From: a virus
Direction: 5' to 3' (one strand)
Length of the DNA: 64,000 nucleotides
Virus record (IMG/VR): IMGVR_UViG_3300032257_000011
In this document: piece by piece, positions 37,603-46,336 of the stretch
Layout of the letters: each line of letters opens with the position of its first letter
Position numbering within the stretch: the first letter of the stretch is position 1
The notes under the pieces: model-generated
Seen by the model: the letters and a program-made list of their open reading frames with translations, nothing else
Told to the model about the DNA's origin: nothing
The model's database searches: none
Made by a program: the position numbers and the translations under genes

Positions 37603-37710
37603 GAAAAAACTTTGAGAAAAAAGAGACATTCCCCTTGACATCTGAATTTTAGATGTTATACTTAGAGACCGACCCACTTGGGACGGCATGACAAGTAAAT
37701 AAAGTAATAA
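37603..37710 (+). promoter_or_regulatory. repeat unit 2 with TTGACA-N16-TATACT (37635-37662)
   Basis: near-identical copy of unit 1, ending in GACAAGTAAATAAAGTAATAA. Confidence 0.65.
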
Positions 37711-37889
37711 GATGATGATTCCTAAAATTCACGTCGGAGAAATCCTGTTCGAGAAAAAAGGGAATCACCTTGGGACCGAAACCCTCTTACAGTATTTTCG
37801 ATTTTGTTTGGCAAAGCGTTGTGAAAGTTGGAGCTGAACCAAACTGAAAGGTCGAAGATATATTCAACAAAGGGAAGTAAGTCCCGTTT

Positions 37890-38102
37890 GGGACATTAGC
37901 TCAGAGAAGATGAGTTTCCTCGTGGAACTCTAAGGAGCGTTTCTCTCACTCATGGGTTGTTTGAAAACCCAGGCACTTGAATCAAACGAGCGAATCTCCG
38001 TGGTAGCAATACCCGAGACAAGCGAGTAATTTTCGAGACCTGAGAATTCGAGCAGCCCATGAGGGAGAGAAAAGGTCGGCAGTTCGAGTCTGTCATGTCC
38101 CA
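37890..38102 (+). ncRNA. tRNA-like element with about 140-nt structured insertion
   Basis: perfect acceptor GGGACAT/ATGTCCC; D-arm; T-arm GGCAGTTCGAGTCTGTC; variable loop AGGTC; 17-bp helix (37940-56 with 38056-72) closing a 99-nt insert. Confidence 0.5.
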
Positions 38103-38107
38103 CTTTC

Positions 38108-38307
38108 GCCGAGGTAGCTCAACGGCCCGTAAGGGGATTTAGCAACCAAGACCTGGTTCACACCAGAAATTGGGAACTAAATTAGAGCGTTCCTAGTCAT
38201 CGGATAATATGAATGTCTTTTTGTATTTATGAAATACAGACAGCGCTAAACTATTTGTATTATCCGATGATTAGGAAAGGTAGTAGGTTCGACTCCTACT
38301 CTCGGCT
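38108..38307 (+). ncRNA. second tRNA-like element with insertions in D-loop and anticodon-loop positions
   Basis: acceptor GCCGAGG/TCTCGGC; T-arm GTAGGTTCGACTCCTAC; anticodon stem TTCCT/AGGAA extended to about 20 bp (38190-38209 with 38258-38277). Confidence 0.5.
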
Positions 38308-39262
38308 TTTCCAAGTTGCTAGTATCCTTTTGCTCGGAAGCAAAAAAACTAGTGGAGTCCCGTCTTGGGCGACCAAAATAGACTATGGTTTGATGATTTC
38401 CACACGATGAAACATCAGCTAAACAGCTCAGGTTCAGAAGAATAATATTTGCTTGCAAGCATTATTTGGAGAATTAAAAAACAGACTATGGTGGTCTGAA
38501 AGAGTGGACTTTGAATCCAGTTTACGTTGACACACGACTTCGATAATAATCACAGACATGTACAGGATGAAAAGCCTGACATGTCTTTAGAATGGTCAAA
38601 GCTGCGAGGCCCGAAACCATTTGACATATGCAGATTTCCAACATGCGGGTTAAAGCGCAAAGGAAAAAAGCTTTTAGATTGCAAATCTGAACTGTTAGGA
38701 ATGGCAGGAAAGAAATGCTTGAGAAGGTATGTTAGGTCTTGACCTGATATCTCGTCTTCCAAGGAACCGAAAGGGAAACTTGGCTAAAGCAGAAGAACTT
38801 GAAACAGTTCCAAGTATGTAGCCGCAACCGAATATCAAATGGCGACATTTGGTAAAACGAGCGACAACTGTTCGAGGAGATCATCCTCTTCGGACGGTTT
38901 CCCAATACCTTGTTTAGCCTCTTAAGGGAAAGCGACAAGGCTCTGGCTGACTCCAGCTAAACTAAAAGGAGTAGGCAGTTCATGCCTTTGGAAGCAGGAC
39001 GCCAAACCTGTCAAGGACTTGTAATCCTTACTGAGTGTTTGGATGTCACGTAGCTGAGACGAAAATGGACTAGGGCGACCTGGGTGAGAAACCTGGGCCG
39101 ACCCTTTAGGAAGCGCGAAAGCAATTCCGAGCTATTGGATGACCCGTGATTGAACATTAGGGATTCCAAAGGTACTCTTCTTTTGCTAACGGTTAAATCA
39201 ATACCGAACAAGCAAACTCGAAGAGTAACTACTTAGAGAACTAAACAGCTCTTTGTAGTTTT
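38308..39262 (+). ncRNA. about 950-nt non-coding region; candidate large structured ncRNA (GOLLD/ROOL-class hypothesis)
   Basis: no ORF above 71 aa on either strand; downstream of tandem strong promoters; flanked by tRNAs; internal repeat AGACTATGG x2; several GNRA/UUCG-like hairpins. Confidence 0.3.
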
Positions 39263-39337
39263 CGCGGAGTAGAGCAGTCCGGTCAGCTCGTTTGGCTCAT
39301 AACCAAGAGGTCGAGGGTTCGAATCCTTCCTCCGCTA
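39263..39337 (+). tRNA. tRNA (anticodon CAT) with C1:U72 mismatch
   Basis: hand-folded; anticodon loop CTCATAA; T-loop GGGTTCGAATCC. Confidence 0.55.
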
Positions 39338-39500
39338 TTTATGCTTAGACCCCCGCAAGGGGATAGACGACGGTCGAAAGTAGGGCAACCTGCATCTAAG
39401 CACCTTGCCCCCTCCGAGATCCCCTTAGATCGAGAACTTGTTCTCTCTTTGGGGATTTCTTTATTTAACAGGCACTATCTCCAATTTCCATTTTGAACTC

Positions 39501-39513
39501 ATTCACATGCGAT
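39501..39513 (+). promoter_or_regulatory. ATTCACATGCGAT motif (early variant of TTCACATGC class)
   Basis: same 13-mer at 25452, 26978, 27676 and 40649. Confidence 0.5.
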
Positions 39514-39565
39514 ACTTTACCCGCATGATTGGATGTCAGACGTTTCAAAATAACCCTGTTCAATA

Positions 39566-40123
39566 ATGGAGAACAAACAAATGGCCAGAAAAGCAAAATT
39601 CACACGAACCACCACACGCTCAGCTCTTCGTCCAGTAGATGACACAAAACGAAGCGCTTCAGCAAAGAACTCAACTGAAGCTCAGCCCGTCGCTGGCAAT
39701 GCAGGATCAATCCCTGCCTTCATTGGGGAATTCTTCACGAAGGTTGCCAAACGGTTCAATGCCACGAGCGGCTACGGCCTTCAGCACATCAACTCAAATG
39801 GAGCAGCACATCCTGATGCTGTCATGACCAAGAGCAATGCGGCACTCACGAAGCTTGCATCTCAGGCCATCGAGGTACTCTGTCAACGAGCAGCATTGAG
39901 TGGCCAAGATGGGGCTGTCGAGGCGCTTGGCCCTCAAGGGGACCCAGCCCAGGCTAAGAAATTCATCGCAGACATCAGCCGATTTGCGAATAGTCGAGTC
40001 AAAGCTATCCAAGCAGACCAGAGTCAGGCATTTCTTGACAACGTGGCCGAGGAACTAGGTATTGATGCCTCAGAACTTGTTCCAGCGCCAGCCAAAAAGA
40101 CCAAGAAAAAGGCAAAGGCATAA
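39566..40123 (+). CDS. hypothetical protein with Lys-rich C-terminal tail (possible DNA/RNA binder)
   Basis: ORF track; C-terminus KKTKKKAKA. Confidence 0.5.
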   Translation: MENKQMARKAKFTRTTTRSALRPVDDTKRSASAKNSTEAQPVAGNAGSIPAFIGEFFTKVAKRFNATSGYGLQHINSNGAAHPDAVMTKSNAALTKLASQAIEVLCQRAALSGQDGAVEALGPQGDPAQAKKFIADISRFANSRVKAIQADQSQAFLDNVAEELGIDASELVPAPAKKTKKKAKA

Positions 40124-40149
40124 GTCTCCTTCACGATAGTTTCACCAAG

Positions 40150-40182
40150 ACGCTGCTGTAATAGGCGGCGTTTTTTATTTGT
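40150..40182 (+). terminator. hairpin + T-run terminator
   Basis: acgctgc…gcggcgt + ttttttatttgttttt. Confidence 0.5.
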
Positions 40183-40222
40183 TTTTGAGCAGGTGAAATA
40201 AAATGCCGATAGTATAATTACC

Positions 40223-40480
40223 ATGAATACAGAGCAGATAAAAAATAGTATAGATACAGATTGGCCAGTCGAGGCCAGGTTTCTTTTGACCAAGACGACA
40301 GAAGAAATAGAACATACAATAGTTGAATTGTCACATACTTGGCGAGGTTTGCATAACTTTGAGAACAAGCCTTGGTGGAAAAAGATCGGAAAAAGAAAAA
40401 GAGCTATGCGATTAGCTAAAGAAGGATTGGATCAAATCTTATTTGAGTACAACAGAAATGAAAAAGAAACAGAGAACTGA
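40223..40480 (+). CDS. hypothetical small protein
   Basis: ORF track. Confidence 0.4.
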   Translation: MNTEQIKNSIDTDWPVEARFLLTKTTEEIEHTIVELSHTWRGLHNFENKPWWKKIGKRKRAMRLAKEGLDQILFEYNRNEKETEN

Positions 40481-40625
40481 GCAGAAGATGCGAAAGAAGG
40501 CTGCAAGAGATAAGCAGCTCATGGAAGAACAAGAGTATGGGAAGCTACGCGCTAAGTCCTGGGGTGGGAAAGACTCGAACAAGAAGTCTCGCAGGAAATG
40601 GAAGCAAGACCAAGATGGTGAATAG
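40443..40625 (+). CDS. basic small protein
   Basis: ORF track; overlaps upstream gene. Confidence 0.3.
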   Translation: MSTTEMKKKQRTEQKMRKKAARDKQLMEEQEYGKLRAKSWGGKDSNKKSRRKWKQDQDGE

Positions 40626-40724
40626 TCCAGGCACTTTTGGTTTGATGTATTCACATGCGATAGTCTGATAGCGTATTGATGTATGAAGCGTTTTCATACA
40701 CAAACATCCTAATGGAGAAAAAAC

Positions 40725-41210
40725 ATGTCAGACGAACAATCAGTTGAAACCACTGTCGCTCAGCCACTCACCACCGTCGCAGGTTTGCAGGCTTTTGTAG
40801 CAGACCTTTTCAATTCAGAACCCTCAGACCTTCCTGCTGGCGCTCGTGGCTATACCATCAAGGGTGGTTTCCGAGCAGTATCTACTCTTCGCAACACTCC
40901 TCTCAATACTCTTGTTGGTATGGGAGCATGTATCAACGATGCCATCGCTGGTCATATTGTTGAAGGAACCGAAGGCGCTCAAGATGGAATGCAGCTCGTA
41001 ATCAATCATGCTCAGAACGCTGTTACTGCTCAGTCCAATCAGGCGCAGTTCGATAGTTTCTACAGCATGGCTCAGCATCTCGGTTATGCAGATGACATCG
41101 GAGAGAATCCTTCGATTGAAGACATGACTGCTGTTGTGGACACTTTCCTTGTTGCTCAGCCGAAGCAGCAGAATTCTTGGGCGGAGCATCTCGCTGCTCA
41201 AGGGGCATAA
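40725..41210 (+). CDS. hypothetical protein
   Basis: GGAGAAAAAAC SD then ATG. Confidence 0.55.
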   Translation: MSDEQSVETTVAQPLTTVAGLQAFVADLFNSEPSDLPAGARGYTIKGGFRAVSTLRNTPLNTLVGMGACINDAIAGHIVEGTEGAQDGMQLVINHAQNAVTAQSNQAQFDSFYSMAQHLGYADDIGENPSIEDMTAVVDTFLVAQPKQQNSWAEHLAAQGA

Positions 41211-41277
41211 AAACTCCTCCATGTAAGGCATTGGCTCATCCTCGTGGATGGGCCTTTGTCTTTTAAGGCACTCTAGT

Positions 41278-41332
41278 ATTCACATGCTGTATTCTTTTCT
41301 CGCGGAATAATAGAAACCCTTACACTGAATGG
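41278..41332 (+). promoter_or_regulatory. composite TATTCACATGCTGTA / TTTTCTCGCGGAATAA / CTTACACTGAATGG
   Basis: same three-part block repeated at 42883-42937. Confidence 0.55.
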
Positions 41333-41339
41333 AGACCAG

Positions 41340-41594
41340 ATGACCGTAGACCTACACGAAGAACTCAAGAAGCAAAAGAAAATCGCTATGATTTGGGGTA
41401 TTGATGATGTTCTCGCTGTTCGAGATGACCTCAATGATGACCAATGTTGGCAAGTATTACAAAGAATTGAAAACAGAGCTGACTGCACTCAAGGCATTAC
41501 ATGGGACACTATTGATATGTATTGCGACGAACTCTTCCCTAAGTCTGATGAAGAAGATGGCGAGACTACCGTTCCAAAAGGATGGGTGGTCTAA
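41340..41594 (+). CDS. hypothetical small acidic protein
   Basis: ORF track. Confidence 0.45.
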   Translation: MTVDLHEELKKQKKIAMIWGIDDVLAVRDDLNDDQCWQVLQRIENRADCTQGITWDTIDMYCDELFPKSDEEDGETTVPKGWVV

Positions 41595-41863
41595 TAGTGA
41601 ACGACTATTTTACTCTACCTCAAGAAGTCTGGGATGAAAAAGAATGTCTCAAGATATCTCGAAGGAGACAAAAAGACAGCTATGGAAGCAAGTCTCCTGT
41701 TGGCTACTTCGGAGGCACTTGGGGTAAAACCCGATACAATGGTGGATGTATTCGTGATGGAAAGTGGTACAAAGGAGAAATACGTAATCTCCCCATAATC
41801 CCTGATGGATTCACGATTTACCAAATGCCTGCTTGGGGTTGGTCGATAAAAAAGAATGACTGA
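41582..41863 (+). CDS. hypothetical small protein
   Basis: ORF track. Confidence 0.4.
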   Translation: MGGLIVNDYFTLPQEVWDEKECLKISRRRQKDSYGSKSPVGYFGGTWGKTRYNGGCIRDGKWYKGEIRNLPIIPDGFTIYQMPAWGWSIKKND

Positions 41864-42122
41864 AATTATGACAGAGATACGTCGTGTCGCCTCATTGTTC
41901 GAGGAGCTGGATCTTACTGAGGATCTAGAGAGAATTGAGCTGATGGAAGAAATAGGCTCAAAACCTATTGAGCTGCTCATTGCCTTCATTCAGGTCTTAG
42001 AACCCTTTCGAGCTGCCAAACCTGAATCCTACGAGTTATTCAAGGGCGAAATAGGCACTTTATCTGTCTTCTTAGAGGGCAAGATGAAATTCATATGGGA
42101 ACGCATATTCACATGCAGATGA
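41856..42122 (+). CDS. hypothetical small protein
   Basis: ORF track. Confidence 0.4.
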   Translation: MTEIMTEIRRVASLFEELDLTEDLERIELMEEIGSKPIELLIAFIQVLEPFRAAKPESYELFKGEIGTLSVFLEGKMKFIWERIFTCR

Positions 42123-42140
42123 ATTGGCCTGTCGAGAAGT

Positions 42141-42356
42141 ATGACAACAACACCAAATAATCTCGTGGGTAGAACCATTAAATCGGTACGAATGCAGACT
42201 CCAGAAGAAATGGAAGCTTTGGATTGGTATACGCCTGCTGTTATTCTTGAACTCGATGATGGAACTCAGCTTTTCCCATCCAAGGACTATGAAGGTAATA
42301 ATGGCGGAGCGCTCTTTGGTAAAGGAACTGATGGCTCAGATTTTACGATTGCATAA
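42141..42356 (+). CDS. hypothetical small protein
   Basis: preceded by ATTCACATGCAGATGAATTGGCCTGTCGAG. Confidence 0.4.
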   Translation: MTTTPNNLVGRTIKSVRMQTPEEMEALDWYTPAVILELDDGTQLFPSKDYEGNNGGALFGKGTDGSDFTIA

Positions 42357-42407
42357 TCACATGCGGGTGAATTGACCTGTCGAGTATCATACACTTAGGA
42401 GACAAAC

Positions 42408-42884
42408 ATGCCTTGTACATACGATGGGCCTACTGGTCCAACAGCAGAACAACGAGAAAAAGCACGAGTAGTCGCAATACTTGATAGCCTCTGTCCTCAA
42501 ATGAATCTTGCCATTCCTGACTCAAGACGCTGCCTTGATGACCTTACTGCTCATCTTTGCGACCTTTGTACTAACATGGGAAATGTTGAGCGAAATCGCT
42601 TGATGTACGATGGTCGGAACAAAGATGCTCGACGCTTAGCTGATTGGTGGGAAGAGCATCAGGAAGCTGACGCTGCAAAGGCGGCAAGAGAAGAAATCAA
42701 GAAAATTCCCAATCAGGCTCTAAATCTTTTGGCGGATGCTTTGAAGGGCTGGAGTGTCGATTGTTTGGTTTCCCATCCAGGCACCATCGCTAATCCCACA
42801 CAGAAAGATATGATGCTTGTATTTGAAACTGATGGATATACTGTTTCTCTCAATAGCAAAGACTTGTCAATCAAGCCTACCTGA
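42408..42884 (+). CDS. hypothetical protein
   Basis: preceded by AATCACATGCGGGTGAATTGACCTGTCGAG. Confidence 0.5.
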   Translation: MPCTYDGPTGPTAEQREKARVVAILDSLCPQMNLAIPDSRRCLDDLTAHLCDLCTNMGNVERNRLMYDGRNKDARRLADWWEEHQEADAAKAAREEIKKIPNQALNLLADALKGWSVDCLVSHPGTIANPTQKDMMLVFETDGYTVSLNSKDLSIKPT

Positions 42885-42944
42885 TTCACATGCTGTATTC
42901 TTTTCTCGCGGAATAAGGAATCCCTTACACTGAATGGAAAAGAT

Positions 42945-43781
42945 ATGAGCGTAGGCGAAAAACCAATTACCGACATCAACAACTACAACTCCGAGATGGC
43001 GAAGAGCCTCATCGACAAAATCTTCTTCATGGATAAGATTGAAGCAGACCTAATCCTTGACATCGGATGCGCAGATGGCACTCTCATCAAATTCCTCTCG
43101 AACATCTTTCCAGACCATCAGTATGTAGGCTACGACGCTGACGCTGAAATGATTAGGGAAGCCAACAATGGCTACGAAAGCCCGAATGTCACGTTTGATG
43201 CCAACATCGACGTAATTCGTGGAATCATTACCAAGGCACAATCCGAAGGTAAGCGAGTGTGCATTGTTCTCAGCAGCATGATTCATGAGGTCTATTCATA
43301 TGGACGAGGACAGACGGATTCGTTTTGGGAGATGGTGTGGGGATTCGAGCCTGATTATGTCGCCATCCGAGATATGATGGTCAGCTCCAAGACCAGCCGT
43401 CCAGCTCCAGTCCGCAACGCAATGCGTATCCGCCAGATTTACGGAAGAGACATTCCCAATGGTGCTGAAATGATTGCACAGCACGAGTCGATTTGGGGTT
43501 CATTGGAAGAGAATTGGTCTCTGACGCACTTCCTTCTCAAGTACCGATACGTTGGAAATTGGGAGAGAGAAGTTCACGAGAACTACTTGCCTCTCAATGT
43601 TGAACAGATGATGGGTGTCATTCCATCGAGTTACGACATGCAGTATTTTGACCATTTTGTATTGCCATTCATTTCTGGCGCTGCTTGGAGGGACTTCTAT
43701 ATCCAGATGCAGGATCCCACTCATGTCAAGATGATTTTGCGGAAAGTCAGAAAAACTCCAAGAAAATTGGACTACAACTAA
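42945..43781 (+). CDS. class I SAM-dependent methyltransferase
   Basis: motif I ILDIGCADGT. Confidence 0.6.
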   Translation: MSVGEKPITDINNYNSEMAKSLIDKIFFMDKIEADLILDIGCADGTLIKFLSNIFPDHQYVGYDADAEMIREANNGYESPNVTFDANIDVIRGIITKAQSEGKRVCIVLSSMIHEVYSYGRGQTDSFWEMVWGFEPDYVAIRDMMVSSKTSRPAPVRNAMRIRQIYGRDIPNGAEMIAQHESIWGSLEENWSLTHFLLKYRYVGNWEREVHENYLPLNVEQMMGVIPSSYDMQYFDHFVLPFISGAAWRDFYIQMQDPTHVKMILRKVRKTPRKLDYN

Positions 43782-43825
43782 ACAGGCACTCATTCACATG
43801 CAGTCAACCAAGAAGGACAATAATT

Positions 43826-44281
43826 ATGGAAGGCAAACTAACAGAAATTGAACTTGGGATTGATATCAAAAAAGCCTCCGAAGATGGAGAGACCTTTGAC
43901 CTCAAAGACTTTACAGAAGAAAGATTCGACCAAGCTCTACTAAACGCTATCACTGATTCGGATGCTGGAGAACTGTCATATACATTGTCTGACTTTAGTA
44001 TTCGTGAAGAAAAAATTAAAGAACCACTCAAGCTCATTGCTTATGCAGACGGGCGCATCAAGTTTGAAGGCTGGGAAGATTGGTTCATCCATTCATACAT
44101 TGCAATGCTTGATTATCAGAATCCAAAACTTGATCCATGCGATAGAAAAACAAGACTTCAGCTTTTTCAGCAAGCAGATAAGATTGTCAAAGATCCTGAC
44201 CGCCAACAAGAAATCAAAATTGTTATTAAACAGTCATTTTGGAAGTCGTTTCCAAAAGCAGTATTCAATTGGGAGAACTGA
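43826..44281 (+). CDS. hypothetical protein
   Basis: motif ATTCACATGCAGT at 43792 then ATG. Confidence 0.5.
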   Translation: MEGKLTEIELGIDIKKASEDGETFDLKDFTEERFDQALLNAITDSDAGELSYTLSDFSIREEKIKEPLKLIAYADGRIKFEGWEDWFIHSYIAMLDYQNPKLDPCDRKTRLQLFQQADKIVKDPDRQQEIKIVIKQSFWKSFPKAVFNWEN

Positions 44282-44283
44282 TA

Positions 44284-44661
44284 ATGGACTTAGTAACCAT
44301 CAAAAGAAAAGAATCGTTTTTTATCAAACAAAGCGAGTTTTATGCTCAGATGAAAGAAGAAAAACTTCTTACAGATCATGAATTTACTATGCTCAATCTT
44401 CGTTTGGATTCAGAGGTAGACCAACTGCGAGATTCTAAAAAGAAGCACAATGAATGGGCCAACCATGATACTGTTGTAACTTTTCAGCACAAAGAAGATA
44501 ATTATCTAGCAGACAGGATGGGAAAGATTGCTTGGCCAAGCGTTCAATGGGATTCAGAACAAGGACAAGGCTTTGCTTATTGCAGCGCCACCGAAGTCTT
44601 CTATGTCATGGAATGGCTGAATAAGAATAATTGCTCAGAAGTCAATTATCGAGCCAAATGA
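44284..44661 (+). CDS. hypothetical protein
   Basis: in-frame ATG after upstream stop. Confidence 0.5.
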   Translation: MDLVTIKRKESFFIKQSEFYAQMKEEKLLTDHEFTMLNLRLDSEVDQLRDSKKKHNEWANHDTVVTFQHKEDNYLADRMGKIAWPSVQWDSEQGQGFAYCSATEVFYVMEWLNKNNCSEVNYRAK

Positions 44662-44675
44662 TTCACATGCGGTAA
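44661..44675 (+). promoter_or_regulatory. ATTCACATGCGGTAA motif
   Basis: TGA stop of upstream gene is part of the motif. Confidence 0.55.
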
Positions 44676-44781
44676 CTTGTTTATATCAGACACTATGAAA
44701 ACTCTATCGCTTACAAAAGTATGTCGCATATCTTGAGGATAGCGACTTTTCACATGTGATAAAAGATTAAGGCAAAACACA

Positions 44782-45138
44782 ATGACAAACACACATGATC
44801 CAGAAATGTTTGAAAGAGTTCGTGCTATACGGGACATTTTTTATGCAAATATAAGCGAACCTGTTGCAATTGCAGGCGATGAAGGTTATTTCATTGGAGA
44901 AGGTATTCTTTTTGATAAAGATATATTTGCTGAAACAACGAGAAAAGAACATTATCCTGAGCCTATTTTCACTCTTTGGGGAGAAGGTTGCGTTACAACA
45001 AACTTTCAAGATGATGTAGAATGTCTCGATATAATAGACACAGAAGCCAAAAATATAAATCACCTTGCTAAACAAAATAAAGTTATGTTTGCATGGGAAG
45101 GGAATTATATTCAAACACCATTGATTCACATGCAGTAA
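44782..45138 (+). CDS. hypothetical protein
   Basis: ORF track. Confidence 0.5.
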   Translation: MTNTHDPEMFERVRAIRDIFYANISEPVAIAGDEGYFIGEGILFDKDIFAETTRKEHYPEPIFTLWGEGCVTTNFQDDVECLDIIDTEAKNINHLAKQNKVMFAWEGNYIQTPLIHMQ

Positions 45139-45157
45139 TCTCTTGATATCAGACACT

Positions 45158-45436
45158 ATGAGTAACCTAACCAAGAGAAAACAAACATCTGCGCCAGCTC
45201 GAACCGGAGAACGCTATCTACACGGATTTACCGTTACTGGAAGCGTTGGCTCGAACTACAAGATTAGTTTCGATACTGCTCGCATGTGTTGGATTTGTTC
45301 TTGCCGAGGATGTATCGGTCATCAGAAAACATGTAAGCATCTAAGGGCTTGCGGTCTTATTGGCCCCGAGAACTTGGGACAGAAACTACCAACCCAGAAC
45401 CAAGCAGACCGAGCCAAACAATTAGGAGAATATTAA
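45158..45436 (+). CDS. SWIM-type zinc-finger protein
   Basis: CWICSCRGCIGHQKTCKHL = CxCxnCxH. Confidence 0.5.
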   Translation: MSNLTKRKQTSAPARTGERYLHGFTVTGSVGSNYKISFDTARMCWICSCRGCIGHQKTCKHLRACGLIGPENLGQKLPTQNQADRAKQLGEY

Positions 45437-45630
45437 TGGAAAAGCCAAAAGCACTCGAAATGTCCCCCGAAGTAAAAGAAGTCCTCCAAGCAGTTTTTGA
45501 GGATTATGATACGGAAGGTTGCGAAGGCATGGGAACAATCATGGAAGCCACAATCAATAAGGTGCGAGTGGCTTTGGGGGAGGAACCCTATGACAACGGA
45601 GAGGATGACGATGAAGACGATTCTGTTTGA
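45436..45630 (+). CDS. acidic small protein
   Basis: AGGAGAA SD then ATG. Confidence 0.4.
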   Translation: MEKPKALEMSPEVKEVLQAVFEDYDTEGCEGMGTIMEATINKVRVALGEEPYDNGEDDDEDDSV

Positions 45631-45805
45631 AATATTTGTCTTGGTCGTGTTCATAGCTTATTTAGCTGGATGGCTAGCGATTGCTCTGAATATACAGCAT
45701 AAAGTCGGAAGGCCGTTCGCTATGGGGTTTGTTTCTATAGGCACTTTCTTTATTTTCTATCCACAGATTCGTGCAGCAGCGATTTGGATATATCAACTCT
45801 TTTGA
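45611..45805 (+). CDS. small membrane protein
   Basis: ORF track; two TM helices. Confidence 0.4.
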   Translation: MKTILFEIFVLVVFIAYLAGWLAIALNIQHKVGRPFAMGFVSIGTFFIFYPQIRAAAIWIYQLF

Positions 45806-45814
45806 GGAATTACT

Positions 45815-46006
45815 ATGACGCTCGATGAAGCCAAACAACTCACATGGGGTACTTACGGCAAGTCAGGAAGAGAACCCTTGAAGCAAGTCAAACTAGGTGG
45901 ATGTTCAACCGCTCACCTCAATGCGATTCTCAAGACTCAGAACCTTCAACGACGCAACCCTCCCTATGTTGTGGCAATCAATATGATTTTGGAAAGTAGA
46001 AAATGA
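45815..46006 (+). CDS. hypothetical small protein
   Basis: ORF track. Confidence 0.4.
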   Translation: MTLDEAKQLTWGTYGKSGREPLKQVKLGGCSTAHLNAILKTQNLQRRNPPYVVAINMILESRK

Positions 46007-46323
46007 GCATATTTACAGACCCCAACTACAATCGAAATCGTTACGGTTCTGGTGAACCAGGCACTCCCGAAGACTGGAAAGCAGCCTATGAAGAGGTTAT
46101 GGGCCAAGCAGAGGCTGAACAGATACTTAACGGTGGCGACTTTTTTGCTAAATCACTTGAAATACTGAGAATTTGCAACACAGATTCACTAGATATTGAT
46201 ATACTAAAGAAAGCATATCGCTCGCTGGTATTCAAAGTTCATCCGGATCATGGAGGAACGCAAGAGGAATTCGAGAGAGTACATGCTGCGTATTCTTTTA
46301 TCAAGAACGAATTAGATTCCTAA
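46003..46323 (+). CDS. J-domain (DnaJ-like) protein
   Basis: KKAYRSLVFKVHPDHGG with HPD tripeptide. Confidence 0.7.
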   Translation: MSIFTDPNYNRNRYGSGEPGTPEDWKAAYEEVMGQAEAEQILNGGDFFAKSLEILRICNTDSLDIDILKKAYRSLVFKVHPDHGGTQEEFERVHAAYSFIKNELDS

Positions 46324-46336
46324 CGGAGAAAAACAC

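Noticed and set aside
37890-38307. Group I intron or tmRNA interpretation of the tRNA-like elements
   Set aside because: The inserts (about 100-140 nt) are well below the minimal group I intron size, and no P7/G-binding or tag-peptide ORF is recognisable. They are kept as tRNA-like with long helical inserts.
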